A stretch of 63,805 nt of DNA, counting the filler, from Chiloscyllium plagiosum (Eukaryota), in NCBI RefSeq assembly GCF_004010195.1. It is 5 parts of one record of this genome, joined end to end, with 100 filler letters (N's around TTAATTAATTAA, not from the genome) between each part and the next. Parts side by side here need not be neighbours in the genome. Positions count along the whole stretch, not along the records: positions 21,273 to 46,137 come from NC_057712.1; positions 46,238 to 56,035 come from NC_057712.1; 3 more parts are not named here. One strand, given 5' to 3'. The translations under genes were made by a program, and so were the position numbers. Positions 37,985-51,740 of the stretch are shown one piece after another. Each line of letters starts with the position of its first letter. Within the stretch, counting starts at the first letter, position 1. Below the pieces are notes generated by a model that was not told the origin of the DNA, did no database searches, and worked only from the letters and a program-made list of their open reading frames with translations.

Positions 37985-39207
37985 TTCGGCACTTTTAAAC
38001 CTTAATTCGAAGCCTTTTAAAATTACTCACCTTCTTTGCAGCTGTAACTTTGTATTCCTCGCTGTTCAAACACCCTACGATCTTTGTATGTTATGATCTG
38101 CCTGCACTGCACTGCACGCAAAACAAAACTTTTTACTGTACCTAAGTACATGTGACAATAATAAATCAACTCAAATCGAATCCTATTTTATGCTCAGGTT
38201 TAAATAACAGAGGTGAATTCACAAGGTGACACTGAATGCAGGTCTGCAGATGACTGAGACATTATTTCCACACCTGTTAGGAACCTAGAACGGGTATTTG
38301 TAAGAGTCTGACCCTGCTACTCTGGTATGTTTGAAAAGATGTCTTCAGCTCCTTTACTGGATGGCAATGTATATGGTGGAGATGGAAAATATTGGTGCAA
38401 ATTCTGGTAGGTATTAACATCTTATCTGTTTTAGTGACATATGAAGACAGTGGGGCAGAGGATTGTTGCTGAGGAGATTGTGTGATATATGTCTTCTCTT
38501 GTCAGATTGAGAGACCTAGTATAACAAGGTCTTAAAGATCCTTCCTTCACCTCAGTCTCCACCCACCCACCTGTTTAGGTTACATAGTCCCAAGGACTCA
38601 GAAATGGTAAGCCATCCACACTTTATACCTTCCACCTTCTTTTCTATTTTGATGGCAATTGATCTTATTAACAAACATTGCAGACAAGACAGTATGAGAG
38701 AATATCAATGCAAGATAATCGCAAAAAAGAATTAATTGCAAAGTTATTAACAATGGCCTGGATTTTGTTTGATAGCAGCAGGTAGGAATTCTCCCAGCTC
38801 CCTGCAGTTGTCTTGGGAGAATCGCCCCTGGGTGGTGGAATTTCCACTGCAATGGTATGTCCAGGAAGAAGGTGGGTCTGCCAACCATCGATAGAGATTG
38901 GAGGTGGCCACACGTTCTGCCAAGTGGCAAAGCAGGCAGTTTAATAGGCCTACTTCAGGCCTCTGGGTCTTTATCCAGTCTTTTTTGTTCAATACTAGGC
39001 ATTCTAACACTGACCCCTAACTCCCCCACACCTCCACATCCATTCCCCAGTCCTCATCCTTGCCACCCTAAACCAACGTATACCCTCTACCTACCCCCAA
39101 TGGCTCCTCACACCCTCACAGCCAACTCACACTTCTGGCCAGTCCCATGCTAAGACACACACCATTCTTTTCTTTTGTCTTTCTGCAATGAACATGAGGT
39201 TTTTTAT

Positions 39208-39540
39208 AGAATGGAATCCCTATGGTATAGTAACAGGCTATTTGGCCCAACAGGTCCACACTGACCTTCCGAAGAGTATCCCACCCAGACCCACCCCATT
39301 AATCTACATTTACCCCTCAACTACAAATCTCTGAACACTATGGGCAATTTAACATGGCCAATTCACCTAACCTGAACATCTTTGGACTGTGGGAGGAAAC
39401 TGGAACACCTGGAGGAAACCCATGCAGACATGGGGAGAATGTGCAAACTCCACACAGACAGTCACCCAAGGCTGGAATCAAACGCGGGTTCCCAGCACTG
39501 TGAAGCAGCAGTGCTAACCACTGAGCTACTGTGCCACCCA
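39208..39540 (-). mobile_element. HE1-type V-SINE
   Basis: Full reverse-complement head, V-domain and tail. Confidence 0.88.
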
Positions 39541-39959
39541 TGGTTTGGTTAAACACAGCACTGAGGTGCACCCAGGCCATACATTTCAAGAGGTGTTGCT
39601 GAGTTTCAATTTCCCCCATATGTGAATCATGCCCCACCCCATTCCCCTGTCAGTGAAAATGGCTTGGCACAAACAAGATTTGCATCCTGCCTACCATCTG
39701 AAATGTGTGAAGCATCTCCACCAACTCTGCGGAAATCAGGGACCATTTCTTTTCTCAGAAACCTGCCACAACCTGATATCACAAAGGCGTCCATTGGGAA
39801 AAAACTAGGGGTTTGTAGAAGCAGTAGTTAGTGCAGGTGAGGCTGAAATATTTAAATTTACAATGTTTAAAGAGATTGTATACCTCCATTGTTTAGCTTC
39901 TTTGATTCTTAACAAACACAAGCAATAGTTTTCATCCTGGGAACCATATGTATTGTTTT

Positions 39960-40460
39960 CACCCCCCACTACAATCTGTACCCACCCAGGCACTGTCCTC
40001 ATCCCCTTACACACTGTCCTCACCCATACTACACTCTGTTCACTCTGGGCACTGTCCTCACCCCCACTAGAGCTGTACTCCCCTCCAGGCCTTGTCCTCA
40101 CCCCCCACTATAATCTGTAACCCTCACCTNNNNNNNNNNNNNNNNNNNNNNNNNNNNNNNNNNNNNNNNNNNNNNNNNNNNNNNNNNNNNNNNNNNNNNN
40201 NNNNNNNNNNNNNNNNNNNNNNNNNNNNNNNNNNNNNNNNNNNNNNNNNNNNNNNNNNNNNNNNNNNNNNNNNNNNNNNNNNNNNNNNNNNNNNNNNNNN
40301 NNNNNNNNNNNNNNNNNNNNNNGGCACTGTCCTCACCCCCAGGCACTGTCCTCACCTCCCCCTTACCCCTCCCAACACGGGCACTGTCCTCACCCCCACT
40401 ATAATCTGTTCCTCCACCCCCATCCCCAGGGTCTGTCCTCACTCTCACTATAATCTATCC
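39960..40460. repeat. C-rich tandem repeat (ggcactgtcctcacccccactataatctgt variants) spanning a gap
   Basis: Motif recurs on both sides of the N run at 40130-40322. Confidence 0.75.
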
Positions 40461-40865
40461 ACCCTTTGTTTTGACGACTACCAGATTATGCCCTGACCTG
40501 TTGCAGCCTGGTCTGTGGCCGTCTATCCTTGCCCATGAATTGATCCCGTTCCACTTTGGAATCACATACTTCCCAACAGCTGGTCAGTCTTTAATCTTGC
40601 CATGTGCAGCCACAAAGTAGTCAATGTTTAAAACAAAAAGTTCCATTCACCAAATTCTTTGAAAACTCAAAGAAAAGTTTCTCCACCAAATTCACTTTCT
40701 AACCACACCCGTCACAGCTGCCCATTGTTTTGGAGCCCAAATATCTAGATTGAGGAGCTGCTTGTGAGTAAACATTAGAGAATATAAAAGGTGAGTAGGA
40801 GAGAGATGAGGTTGCTTACAGCAAGTGGAGAACAAAGGAGTAGCATGTTTGAGGGCTGAATGGCC

Positions 40866-41205
40866 TTTTTAATTTCTTTTTCCCCAGCACCCATGTTGTG
40901 TGTGTGCAGATGTAGGACACAGTGAAAAACAAATCTTTATTCAGTTTCCACCACCAGGAAGGAAGGAAACAGTCCAGTGGCCAGTGACAAGCAATGTCCT
41001 CCTCATCAAAGGGCAATGCTGCGTGATCAAAAAAAGTGAAGGGGAGAGCTGGGATTAAATCAAAATAGAGTTGGAGGGGGAAATAAAACACTCCACTCCC
41101 TGTAGTGCCCACCTCACCCTGAACAGCTGAGGGAGTTGGTAGACACCACGTGCTCCTTCTCCAGAGACATAGCTGTGGAAGAGGGGCAGGCAATCTGGCC
41201 TGTGT
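40866..41205 (-). mobile_element. L1-Tx1 clade LINE 3' end
   Basis: PDCLPLF...SLEKEH(V)VST...RWALQGVECFISPSNSILI*, then AATAAA and an A-rich end. Confidence 0.65.
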
Positions 41206-42555
41206 TTTTTTAATGCTGTAACATTGAAAGCTGACAAAAAGGCTAAAGTTATCAAAATGTTATTAAAGAAATTTAATACCACATACGTTTTGTTCCAAAG
41301 ACCTTGCTCATATATACTTGTCTTTCAAATCATCACCTCACCTGTTAACAAGACCAATTAATGCTAAGTACCTAATTAAGGTGCTTTGGGAACAGTCTCA
41401 ACTATTCATGTGAAGACAGTTTGTAATAAACAGCAATGCATTAACACACCAATTGAGCTAAAGGATAGATCTGTTTGCTCTGAACTATTGTGATATTAAA
41501 ATAATTGTACAAGGAGTTTTTTTAATGCCTATTAATGTGTGAAGTTGGCATGCCATTCTTATTGGCATACTGTTGCCTGCTACAGGTGATCACCCTTGGG
41601 TCTATTGTTCATTCCTTGCTGAGCTGCTTCTCACTGCTGGAATGAAGTCCTGCCTTCAGGGAACCTGTCAAGAGGCCAATGAAAAAGCGTTTCATTTCTC
41701 TGTTGGCAGGAGCAGGAAACTGAGCTACAATTAAACTATGCAAAACTGAAGCTGAACAAAAAAAAATTAATTTAATTTGACACCAGATCAAATTTTAAAG
41801 AGGGTCGATAGGTCACAAACAAAAGCAGAATTGAACCAAAGATGCTTACCTTTACGACTACAGGTTGAAAAGCAAGTTGGTATTTTGCACGGGAATGATG
41901 AAGGGGTAGTTTAATTTGGTGAAAGCTTTAACATGGAACAATAGTTACCATAGTGAAGATAGTTTCTTGAGCAGACAGTGGAATTTGAAGTTTACACAAT
42001 ACCTTCTGAGGTGTGTAGTTCAGGGGATTACTATTTGTTCTCAGCTTTAACGATGTGGTTAGTACTTACATGGTGTCATGATTTGTAATGCAGCAGGGTT
42101 GAGGGTAGCATTGATTTGTTACCTGAGATGGTGCAACTGGTGGTTTACTTTACATTTGTGGGTGAGTCACTCTGTCTACAATGATGCCAAGACACTGCAT
42201 GAAGAAGAGCAGACCCCTGTGACAGAAAGACAAAGCAGTGAGTGAAGTGGAAAATGAGAATACACTGGTGAAGAAATTTGATTGAGCCACATCCTTTTTC
42301 CAGTAATAAATCAGGCAGTTAGGTGTCCAATATTCATCCCAGAAATGCATTGCCTCCCCTATTGTGAAAGGCAGTAAAGGGGTGTTGAAGGTCTTGGCCT
42401 GAAATAGGTGGTAGGTTCTTCACCTAATGCAAATGTTCCAGGAGCAGATTTGTCCAAGCTGGAGATCCAAAATGTTCTGACAGTGGTAAAATGGAATATA
42501 AAATTTTAATTTTCAACACATGGTTTTTGTATTTGAAGCCTTCTATGGTTTATAA

Positions 42556-42772
42556 TGATTTGGAGATGCCGGTGTTGGACTGGGGTGTACAAAGTTAAAA
42601 ATCACACAACACCAGGTTATAGTCCAACAGGTTTAATTGGAAGCACACTAGCTTTCGAAGTGACGCTCCTTCATCAGGTGACTATCACCTGATGAAGGAG
42701 CGTTGCTCCGAAAGCTAGTGTGCTTCCAATTAAACCTGTTGGACTATAACCTGGTGTTGTGTGATTTTTAAC
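42556..42772. mobile_element. PLE family A near-perfect hairpin copy with target duplication atggtttataa
   Basis: ~85-bp inverted arms around the centre caggtga-cta-tcacctg. Confidence 0.9.
42686..42720 (+). ncRNA. Minimal type I hammerhead ribozyme motif (PLE family A)
   Basis: cac-CTGATGA-a-ggagc-gtt-gctcc-GAAA-gc-T-A-gtg: stem I cac/gtg, 5-bp stem II, palindromic AGCT in place of stem III. Confidence 0.65.
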
Positions 42773-45057
42773 ATGGTTTATAATGTTATTTTAATGAAGG
42801 ATGTACACCAATCTAAGATGGCTGCCATGATCACTTGATCACAGATTAAGGCAACTGCAGGAGACCAGTAAAGTCAGTTCTGCTATAACGCGGTAGTTCC
42901 TTTCTCATGCAATCCTGCATTATGAGAAAATCACGAGGGATATGGGTGCTGGCAGGTGGGACTACGTTGGGTTGGGATATCTGGTCGGACCGGCATGGAT
43001 AGGTTGGACTGAAGGGTCTGTTTCCATGCTGTACATCTCTATGACTCTATGACGTAATAGCAGCACCATTTAAACTAATGGGGCTAGAATTGTGTTATAA
43101 TCAATATATGCTTTAAAACTTGGCACTTCAGAAACCAATTTGTCAATCGTGTTAAAACAAATTTGTGTTAATGAAATGTATGTTAAAGCAGATGACCTGT
43201 GTGGACTAAGCAAAACCATCTACAATTTGTTCTTCTATAATGTGATGATAGCATTCTTGTGCAAACCTGCATTAAAGAAAAATTGTGCTTTAGAAACAGT
43301 GCTTAAAATGTTGGTGCTATAATCGCGTTACAGCCAACACATGTTCCAAAGGTTTGTGCTTAACAAAGAGTCTCCCCAATTTGTCAATCGCATTACAGCG
43401 AATTTTATTGAGCAAACGCATGCAAAAGCAATGTGACCTGTACACCAAAATTAGAATTTTATTGAAAGGCACTAAACCCAGGCAGCTGAGTCCATATCAA
43501 GAAATTAATGTTTCCTGTTTAATTCCCATTTGTAGGATTGTGCACCTGTTGGATATAAGAAGTTGCCTGCCACTTTTCACCTTGGAAACACAATGGAGCC
43601 AGTTTTGGGAATTAACAAACAAACCATGTTTCAGTAGTTATTTTTGAGCAGCAGAGAAAAAAGGAGCAAACAATTGTAACAACTGGAAGTTTTTTACTCT
43701 CCCTGTTTTATCTCAATATCAGAAGATAATGCCTAACTGATAACATAAACTGGAAAAACAACTGGTCACCAATAACTCAAGATATAGTGGTCAAATGATA
43801 TAGAGACAAAGCAAGAACAAAAGCACTGAGTTGGATGATCAGCCGTGAACATATTTAATGGTAAAGCAGGCTTGAAGGGCTGAAAGGCCATATTTTCTGT
43901 GTTTCTATGTTTCTTGTACAATGCAGCTTTCATTCTATTGCTGCAGAGGTCAGATGGTGTAAGTTTTATCTGGTGTTACAAGACAGGATATGATGTTAGC
44001 TACTCGGATTATTGTTGCTGGTGTCAGAAGGGCTGAACAGAGGGAATTTAACAAAATAAATCTGCTGGTTTGCCACTGAGTTCAAACTGTGTTTGGCTGG
44101 ATGATGTCAGCGTGAGGGTGGGCAGGGTGATGGGACGAGTCATTCATCTTTAGTAAAATTGATGAATGGGATCAGCATGTCTCTTCTGCCAGGCTGTCTG
44201 TCTCTACAAATTCATTGTCTAAAGCAATATGTAGTACATAGTTAAATGTTGCACTATTTTGCATAGTGAGTTTATAGTTCAAACTTTATAGTTCATCACT
44301 AACTGACTGAAGTAAGATATATGTTTTTATATAAAGTTTATAATTTGATTTAATAATCATTTAACTTCTGATGATCAGGAAAATAATCCTTTCTAAATAT
44401 AAATCCAGTGATTGTGCAACAGGAATAAACTGAAACTTACACTAGAAGTATGCAGTACTCCACAAACCATACAACGCTCGACGATATAAGGCTTCTTCAC
44501 CTCTCCAACCTACTGGCTTGCTATGGCCTGGAAAAGCAGAGTTATTCAATGAGTGCCAACCAGACTGAATCTAATGAAGCTACTGGTTGGCATTCAGATT
44601 CCAAGCTTACAAATTCTTTTCTGTTTAGATCAATAACAGCAAATGGACAAAGGGTGTCATTATTTTTTCTAGTGTTCAGGCATTATTCCCAGAAGCAAGA
44701 TGATTGTACATCCCAACGTCAGTTAATTGAGTCAGAGAGCTCTTTGTAATTGCCATTAGATGTCCTTAAGAGTTTGCTGCTGGTTTGCCAGTTAGTCCCT
44801 TGAGCTGCTGTAAATGGAATGTAGGTGCTCATATTGTGCTGACATAACTTGTTGAGCTTAACAAGAACAATAATAATCAGATTTTTTAAAAAAAGCTAAA
44901 TCGACTCTGAAGGAATATGTTCATCACTTCTATTAATTGATGGAGATATTGTTAGCCTATTTTGTCCCATATTTATCCTGAGTAAGAAATTAATAGCCCC
45001 TCAAATCTCCTGCCAATTGCCCTAGCTTTCCACCATTGATGCTGCCAGTTTTAACAA

Positions 45058-45403
45058 TCATAGAATCCCTTCAGTGCCGATAGAGGCTATTTGGCCCACC
45101 AATTCAGCACTAACCCTCCAATGTGCATCCCACCACACCCACTCTATCTCTGTAATTCCACAATTAAAATAGCTAATCCACCTAGCCCACACATCCCTGG
45201 ACACTACAAACAATTTAGCATGGCCAATCCACCTAACCTGCACATCTTTGGACTGTGGAAGGAAACTGGAGCACTTGATAGTAACCCATGTACACATGGG
45301 GAGAATGTACAAACACCACACAACATCACTTGAGGCTGGAATCAAACCCGAGTCCCTGGCTATGTGAGGCAGCAGTGCTAACCACTGAGCAACTGTGCCA
45401 CCC
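45058..45403 (-). mobile_element. HE1-type V-SINE (variant as at 16808)
   Basis: Reverse-complement head, V-domain and tail catagaatccc. Confidence 0.85.
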
Positions 45404-45814
45404 TTGTAAAGTTTGGGAATAGCTACATTTGTGTCATTTTTGACAAATGATCTTGGTAGATGCTAAAATCAATAGTGTCAGTATTAGATCCATCAATAAA
45501 AGTTGAATGAGATGTGCTGATTTTGTAGAATGAAACTCCCTTAATCAATCTGTCTCTTCTGTATTAACAATAGAGAGATCTAGCATTCATTAATCCAGGC
45601 TTCATTGCTTCACTTCCAGCTCAATTTGTGAGATATCTTTGAAAACAATAGGCTTTATTCCACTTTCTCATCTGCTTCTTAGCCAACGTTAACTAAGCAG
45701 TAGACAGTTAAGCAATATTCACAATTTGAATGAAAGTAACAGCTCTGCTCTAGTCATATTGACAGCCAGTTCAACTTTGAAAGCCAATGGAAAAGCTGTT
45801 GACTCTCCTGTGTT

Positions 45815-46137
45815 CCACCTGGGGGTGGTTTAAACTAACTCTGCAGGGGCATGGGAACCCAGACTGTAGCTTTAGGGTGCAGGATCTGGAGTGTAGGGAG
45901 GTTAGGAACATGGCATCAATTTCAAAGGAGGGTGCCTGTAAACAGGAAAGTGGCTTGAAGTGTGTATACTTCAATGCAAGAAGTATACGAAATAAGATAG
46001 GTGAACTTGCAGCGTGGGTTGGTACCTGGGACTTCGATGTTGTGGCTATTACGGAGACATGGGTAGAACAGGGACAGGATTGGCTGTTGCAGGTTCCAGG
46101 GTTTAAATGTTTTAGTAGGGGCAGAGGTGGGGGAAAA
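45815..46137 (+). mobile_element. CR1 ORF1 end / ORF2 APE start, truncated by gap
   Basis: ggtttaaactaa ORF1 end; LKCVYFNARSIRNKIGELAAW...DVVAITETW. Confidence 0.9.
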
Positions 46138-46779
46138 NNNNNNNNNNNNNNNNNNNNNNNNNNNNNNNNNNNNNNNNNNNNTTAATTAATTAANNNNNNN
46201 NNNNNNNNNNNNNNNNNNNNNNNNNNNNNNNNNNNNNAGGGGGAGCTGGGTCAGGGGGAGCTGGACAGGGGTGAGGGGCTGGCTGGTTGTGTCATTCGGA
46301 AGTGGATTAAAAGAAGTCTGTGATTAGGTGGGTCGGTGGATGATGGAACCGGATGGAGGTAGATCAGAGGAGGTGGGAGCAAGAGAGGAATTCAAGTTAC
46401 AAAAAAGGGGGTGATATGGAAGAAAACCAAGGTGTTAACGTAAGGGAAATAGAAGGAAGTTCAGAGAGACAAAGCTCAGTGGGAAGTTACGGTTAAACGG
46501 TGGTAAGAGGAAGGGTGGCTCAAACAAGAAAAGAGTGAAAACAAAAATTAATTGCGGAAGAAAACTGATGAAAATAGGTTCTATTTATGATGCCCATGTG
46601 TTGGTGATGAGTAAATTCAACTAACCTAAATTGTAGAAAATGTACTAAATAAATTCCATGCATGCACCATATCATTTTTTAAAGTTGTTATGTCTATGCT
46701 GTGATACAGTGCTGGGACCTTTTAAAAATGACGGGGATTTACCATCAACCAGCTGGGCTAATAGTGGGGCAAGAAATCA

Positions 46780-47270
46780 AAATGAAACAAAGAACCTCAG
46801 ATGCTGTAAATCTGAAACAAAAACAGAAAATCCTGGAGAAGCTCCGGAGGTCTGGCAGCACGTGTGGAGACAAAGCAGAGCCAATGTTTCGGGTCCAGTG
46901 ACCAACCTTTCATCACAACTGTTCTGCAGAAGGGTCACTGGACTCAAAATGTCACGCTGTTTTCTGTTCACAGATGCTGCCAGACTTCAGAAAATCCTTA
47001 CAGTGTGAAAGCAGGCCATTTGGCTCATCATCCCTCCGAAGAGCAGCCCACCCATACCTACCCCATCGCTAATCCACCTAACCTGCACACTATGGGCAAT
47101 GGTATTTAGCATGACCAATGCACCTCATCTTTGGACTGTGGGAGGAAACCCATGCAGACATAGAGAATACATGCAAATACCACACAGGCAGTCACCCAAG
47201 GCAGGAATCAAACCCGGATCCATGGCACTCTGAGGCTGCAGAACTAACCACTGAGCCACTGTACCACCCT
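46780..47270. mobile_element. PLE family C hairpin (46780-46990) with a minus-strand HE1 SINE (46992-47270)
   Basis: ggtctggcagcacgtgtggagacaaagc vs ttcacagatgctgccagac; SINE V-domain reverse complement. Confidence 0.75.
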
Positions 47271-47543
47271 TGATGAGCTGCTTCAGGAATTTCTGTTTTT
47301 TTGTTTATTTCTTAACAGGTTTCTGTGTAAGAAATTGGCAAGGTGGAGATTGGGGGAGATGGGGGAGGCAGGGTTTGGGGGAAGATCCATGGCACTCTGA
47401 GGCTGCAGAACTAACCACTGAGCCACTGTACCACCCTTGATGAGCTGCTTCAGGAATTTCTGTTTTTTTTGTTTATTTCTTAACAGGTTTCTGTGTAAGA
47501 AATTGGCAAGGTGGAGATGGGGGAGGCAGGGTTTGGGGGAAGA
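47217..47543. repeat. Near-identical 167-bp tandem duplication (47217-47383, 47384-47543)
   Basis: Copies differ only by short indels. Confidence 0.95.
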
Positions 47544-48649
47544 AGAAAGTTAAGACATATTGAAAAAAAACAAGATTTAAGAAATAATGTAACTGCCTTA
47601 TTGTGCTTTGTTTAGGCGCAAGTGAAGAAATGCAAGTATGGATTATCATAATTTTAACTTTAGGATCATACTTTTTCTTTGGAGCCAATTTTTGTTTTTA
47701 AGTAAAAGAACCCTCTGTACCACTTCACCCACCAAGTGGATGAAGGTCCTGTCTTTCCACAAATCATTTGTGTGCAATGGTGTCCACACCGCGTGAAATA
47801 GGCAATCACGGACAGGAATGTTCTCCTTCCAAATGATTTAGAAGCATCCACTCCCCAGACTGCAGCAGCCTGATAAGAGGGTGGAAAGGAAGCATCATTG
47901 CCTCAGAAGCAAGGCATGTTGCCCCAGGGTGACATTCTTGAGTTAACACACATCATTTAGATAAGCAACTGATAGCTGCTTTGGACAAAGGACACTAAAT
48001 GTGTCCTGCAATTCCCACAGTATAAGCCAAGTATTGATCAAACCCCTTCAATGGTATTCTGAGAAATGACTTATCTAGTAGGTATCTGCCTTTTGTGCTT
48101 ACACCCTCCAGTGAAGTGACACTTTAGGCTGGTCAGGGCACAATCAACTCCTCAGAAACACCCACAGGAAACAATGTTATTAGTTAACTAGAATCTCCAA
48201 CATTTGTAAACAAAAGGTCGAACCACTTTTCAATTGTGAGACAAAGAGGACGCTTTTTGCTCATTATAAATGAACAGTGACTTATTGCTGGACGACAGGT
48301 TTCAATGTATCCAGCTGTGTTGCACATAGTATTGTCAACCATTATCTGTTTCTTCCATCATGACCAGCTGGAAATATCACTGTAATTTAGTCCACAATCC
48401 TTTATAACCTATTAGATTGGTAAAATGGCTGTCCTTTATTGAATTGAAATGTTTAGTTTGAGATCTCTATCATTGGCAACAGCAGTGCTAGAAGAGATAC
48501 ATCATGACCATATAGGCATGAAGTTATTACAAATTTTAGAACTATAAGCACCATGTCACCCTTCCTGGAGGTGGCAAGAAAGTTGTGAAAAGGACAAATA
48601 ATTGGACAAATTACCCTGGAGACTCCCACCTCTGCACTTCCCTAAGGCT

Positions 48650-48820
48650 AATCCACCTAGCCTGCACATAGTTGGAATGTGGGAGGAAACCAAAGCATTT
48701 GGAGGGAACCCACACAGACAACATACATATTCAACCAGGACAGTTGCCCAAGCATAGAATTAAACCCAGGTCCCTGGCACTGTAAGATAGCTGTGCTAAC
48801 TACTGAGCCACCACACCACC
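48650..48820 (-). mobile_element. Decayed HE1-type SINE
   Basis: tgtgggaggaaacc...gtgctaactactgagcca. Confidence 0.7.
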
Positions 48821-50817
48821 CATTCCAGCTACAACCTCCATATGTGTGTAAAGGTTCCCTGACACTATTGAAAAAGTTCAGCAGAATTCTGCAAATATTT
48901 ATTGCTGAACAAATATATGTAAAATAGATAACCTGGCCAACTACTTTCTTGCTGTTTATAGAAATTTGTTGTGTTCAACTTTACTGATTGCCATATTTCT
49001 GCCATGACTACAATTCAAATGGCCTGTAAAGCATGTTTAGTTGGCCCGAGCTTATGAAAGCTGCTAGATAAGTGGAAGTCTTTTCTTTTCAGGGCATCCC
49101 TCGAAAGAAAACTTGCAAAGTTATACAACAAATGGCCAATCTGCAAAATTACTTAGTTCCCATCTGTGGAAGTTAGAATATCTGACAGTGCAAACTCTGC
49201 TTGGAATTATTTCAGGGAACCAACAGTTCACTCATGGTGGGCTTGCAAGAGCAGATCAGTGGGCCTGAAAAATAAAACATCTCACAACATTCTGAGAGTC
49301 TCTGCCATCAGCAATGGAAGTATCCTGGCTGCTAAATACAGCTACTGAGAGAATGCAGCTACTGAGTTGGAAGAGAGAGCATCAGATCAATCACAGATCA
49401 AAGTTATGAGAAACTAATGATCATACTATTGTTGAGAAAATGAAATGGAACAAGAACCTACTGGCAGCTTGGAGATCTCATTGTGCCTTTGGAAACACAT
49501 TTCAATCTCCTTCTGCTGATCAGGTCAGAAGTGAAATTGAAATCCAGCTACACTGGTCAATGCCCCACTCACCTGCTTGAGACACGAGCTGGCAACACTC
49601 TGGGTGACACTATGATATTCTGATGTGAACCATGCAAGCAGAGGCAGTAGAAAATTTGAGCGAGCTGCTCCATTTTCCTACCAGTGTCAGTAGCATTCCT
49701 ATAGTGCAAGCTGGCTTTGGGTAGCTTTACAGCACTTGCTCACCTCCTTAGTCACTGTCAACTTTGCAAGCCATTCTTTAATGACCACATTTGTTTCTAA
49801 TGTTTGCTGGTCTCCATAATGTGTTTTCATTTGTTCTTAAACTATAAAACACATGCTTAGGGAGTTTGAAGAGCAGCCTCATTATTAGTGTTAACTGGAC
49901 TTTCTCACTGCTTGAGGACACTATGTTGCAGTTAGATGCCATGCTACTCTCAAATTCCATGAGCGTTTATATTTTGAAAATATTTTTCTGTCTACCTTTT
50001 CTCTTAAACTCCTTTCTATTCTGTAAAATCTTAGAAATATTACGTGCAGAGCTCCAGTACATTTCTGAACAATATCTGTTTTGACCAGAAAACAAAAATC
50101 TCGAAAATAAATTTTAAAATATACAAGTTGCACTCAAAAAAAAGCATCAAAAGAGCAAACACAGCACTACCAACATTTTAGAAAAACAAATATTATAAAG
50201 TACAGTTGCTGTAGGATTCTATTGCTTATTGCACAGAGCTACTCCAAATTGATAACAGAAGGAATAGCACAATCCCAGATGCTCAGAGAATCACATTGCA
50301 TTTCAGTTGTAAGATTATATATTTTTATTTTTCTGAATTTTTGTTTGTGCACTGAAATGGGAAAAGAACTATTTCAAAAAAAAACAAAGATTGTTGAAGG
50401 TTGCTACTCCTTTTGAAAGCAAGTAACCTGATTAATTTTATGTTTACACAGATGTTTGTCAAAGCCTAGTTTGAAGACAAGCTGGAGTCAAGACCTATAT
50501 ACCAATGAAGCTTTGACTGGCAATATGTAACTGATTGGTCTGCGGACTAGTGATCAGATATTGATGACAAAGGCCACTTGCCTGGCAACAACTATAGTTT
50601 TGGCTGTCAGATAGCTGGATAGTTTTGGCAGAATCCCATACCTCTGGAGGTAGAGCTGTTTTTGCTCTGTAGTAAAAAGAATCACAAGTCTGAAGATAAC
50701 CAACTTATTTCTTCTTTTCAGTTGCTGCAAGCTGTGAATTGTCATTGATAGTTCACAGTCTCTCTGTCTCTCACACACACACGCATAGGCACTCCTACAC
50801 ACACACACACACACACA

Positions 50818-51740
50818 GTTATATAGCATGGAAACAGACCCTTCAGTCTAATTCATCCACACCAACCAGATATCCCAATCTGACCTAGTCCCATTTGCCA
50901 GTATTTGGCCAATATTCGTCTAAACCCTTCCTATTCATATGCCCACCCAAATGCCTTTTAAATGCTGCAATTATACCAGCCTCCACCACTTACTCTGGCA
51001 ATTTGTTCCATACATCCAACCTTTGCGTGAAAAAGTTGATCCTTTTAACTCTTTCCCCTCTCACCTTAAAACAATGTATTCTAGTTTTGGACTCCCCTAC
51101 ACTGGGAAAAAGACCTTGGCTATTGACTCTATCCGTGCCCCTCATGATTTTATAAACTCGACAAGGTCACCCCTCAGACACTAATACTCCAGAAAAAATA
51201 TCCACAGTTTATTCAGCTGTAGAAATGATACTAGATTAATTTAAGATATCTAGTTGGCATGAATGAGCCAGACCGAAGGGTTCATTTCCATGCTGTACAG
51301 TTCTATGACTCCACAGCATGGAAACAGGCCTCCTGGCACAACCTGCTCATGCCACTCAGATTTCACAATTTAAACCAGTCCCATTTGCCTGCATTTGGTC
51401 CATATCCCTCCACACCTATCCAAATGTTCCTTAAATGACAAAATTGTACTCGCTTCCACAACTACTGCTTCTGACACTCACCACCCTCTTTGTGAAAAGG
51501 TTCCCCCTCTGGACCCTTTTGTATTTCTCCCCTCTCACCTTAAACTGATGGCCTCTAGTTTTAGACTCCCCTATCCTGGGGAAAAGCATTTGGTGATCTA
51601 CCTTATGACCTACCTTACGCCTCATGATTTAACAAACCTCTATAAGGTCACCCCTCAGTCTCCTACACTCCAGGGAAAAAACTCCCAGCCTATCCAACCT
51701 ATCCTTATGATTCAAACCTCTAGTCGAGGTAGCATCAAGT
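50818..51740 (-). mobile_element. Two CR1 3' fragments (50818-51220, 51312-51740) separated by a short + strand CR1 tail
   Basis: gcatggaaacag tails; GESKTRGHQFKVRGEKY...FTKRVVSV. Confidence 0.85.

Noticed and set aside
42590..42772. miRNA precursor or DNA-transposon MITE
   Set aside because: The hairpin is an inverted PLE terminal repeat; arms are asymmetric and target duplication lengths vary between copies
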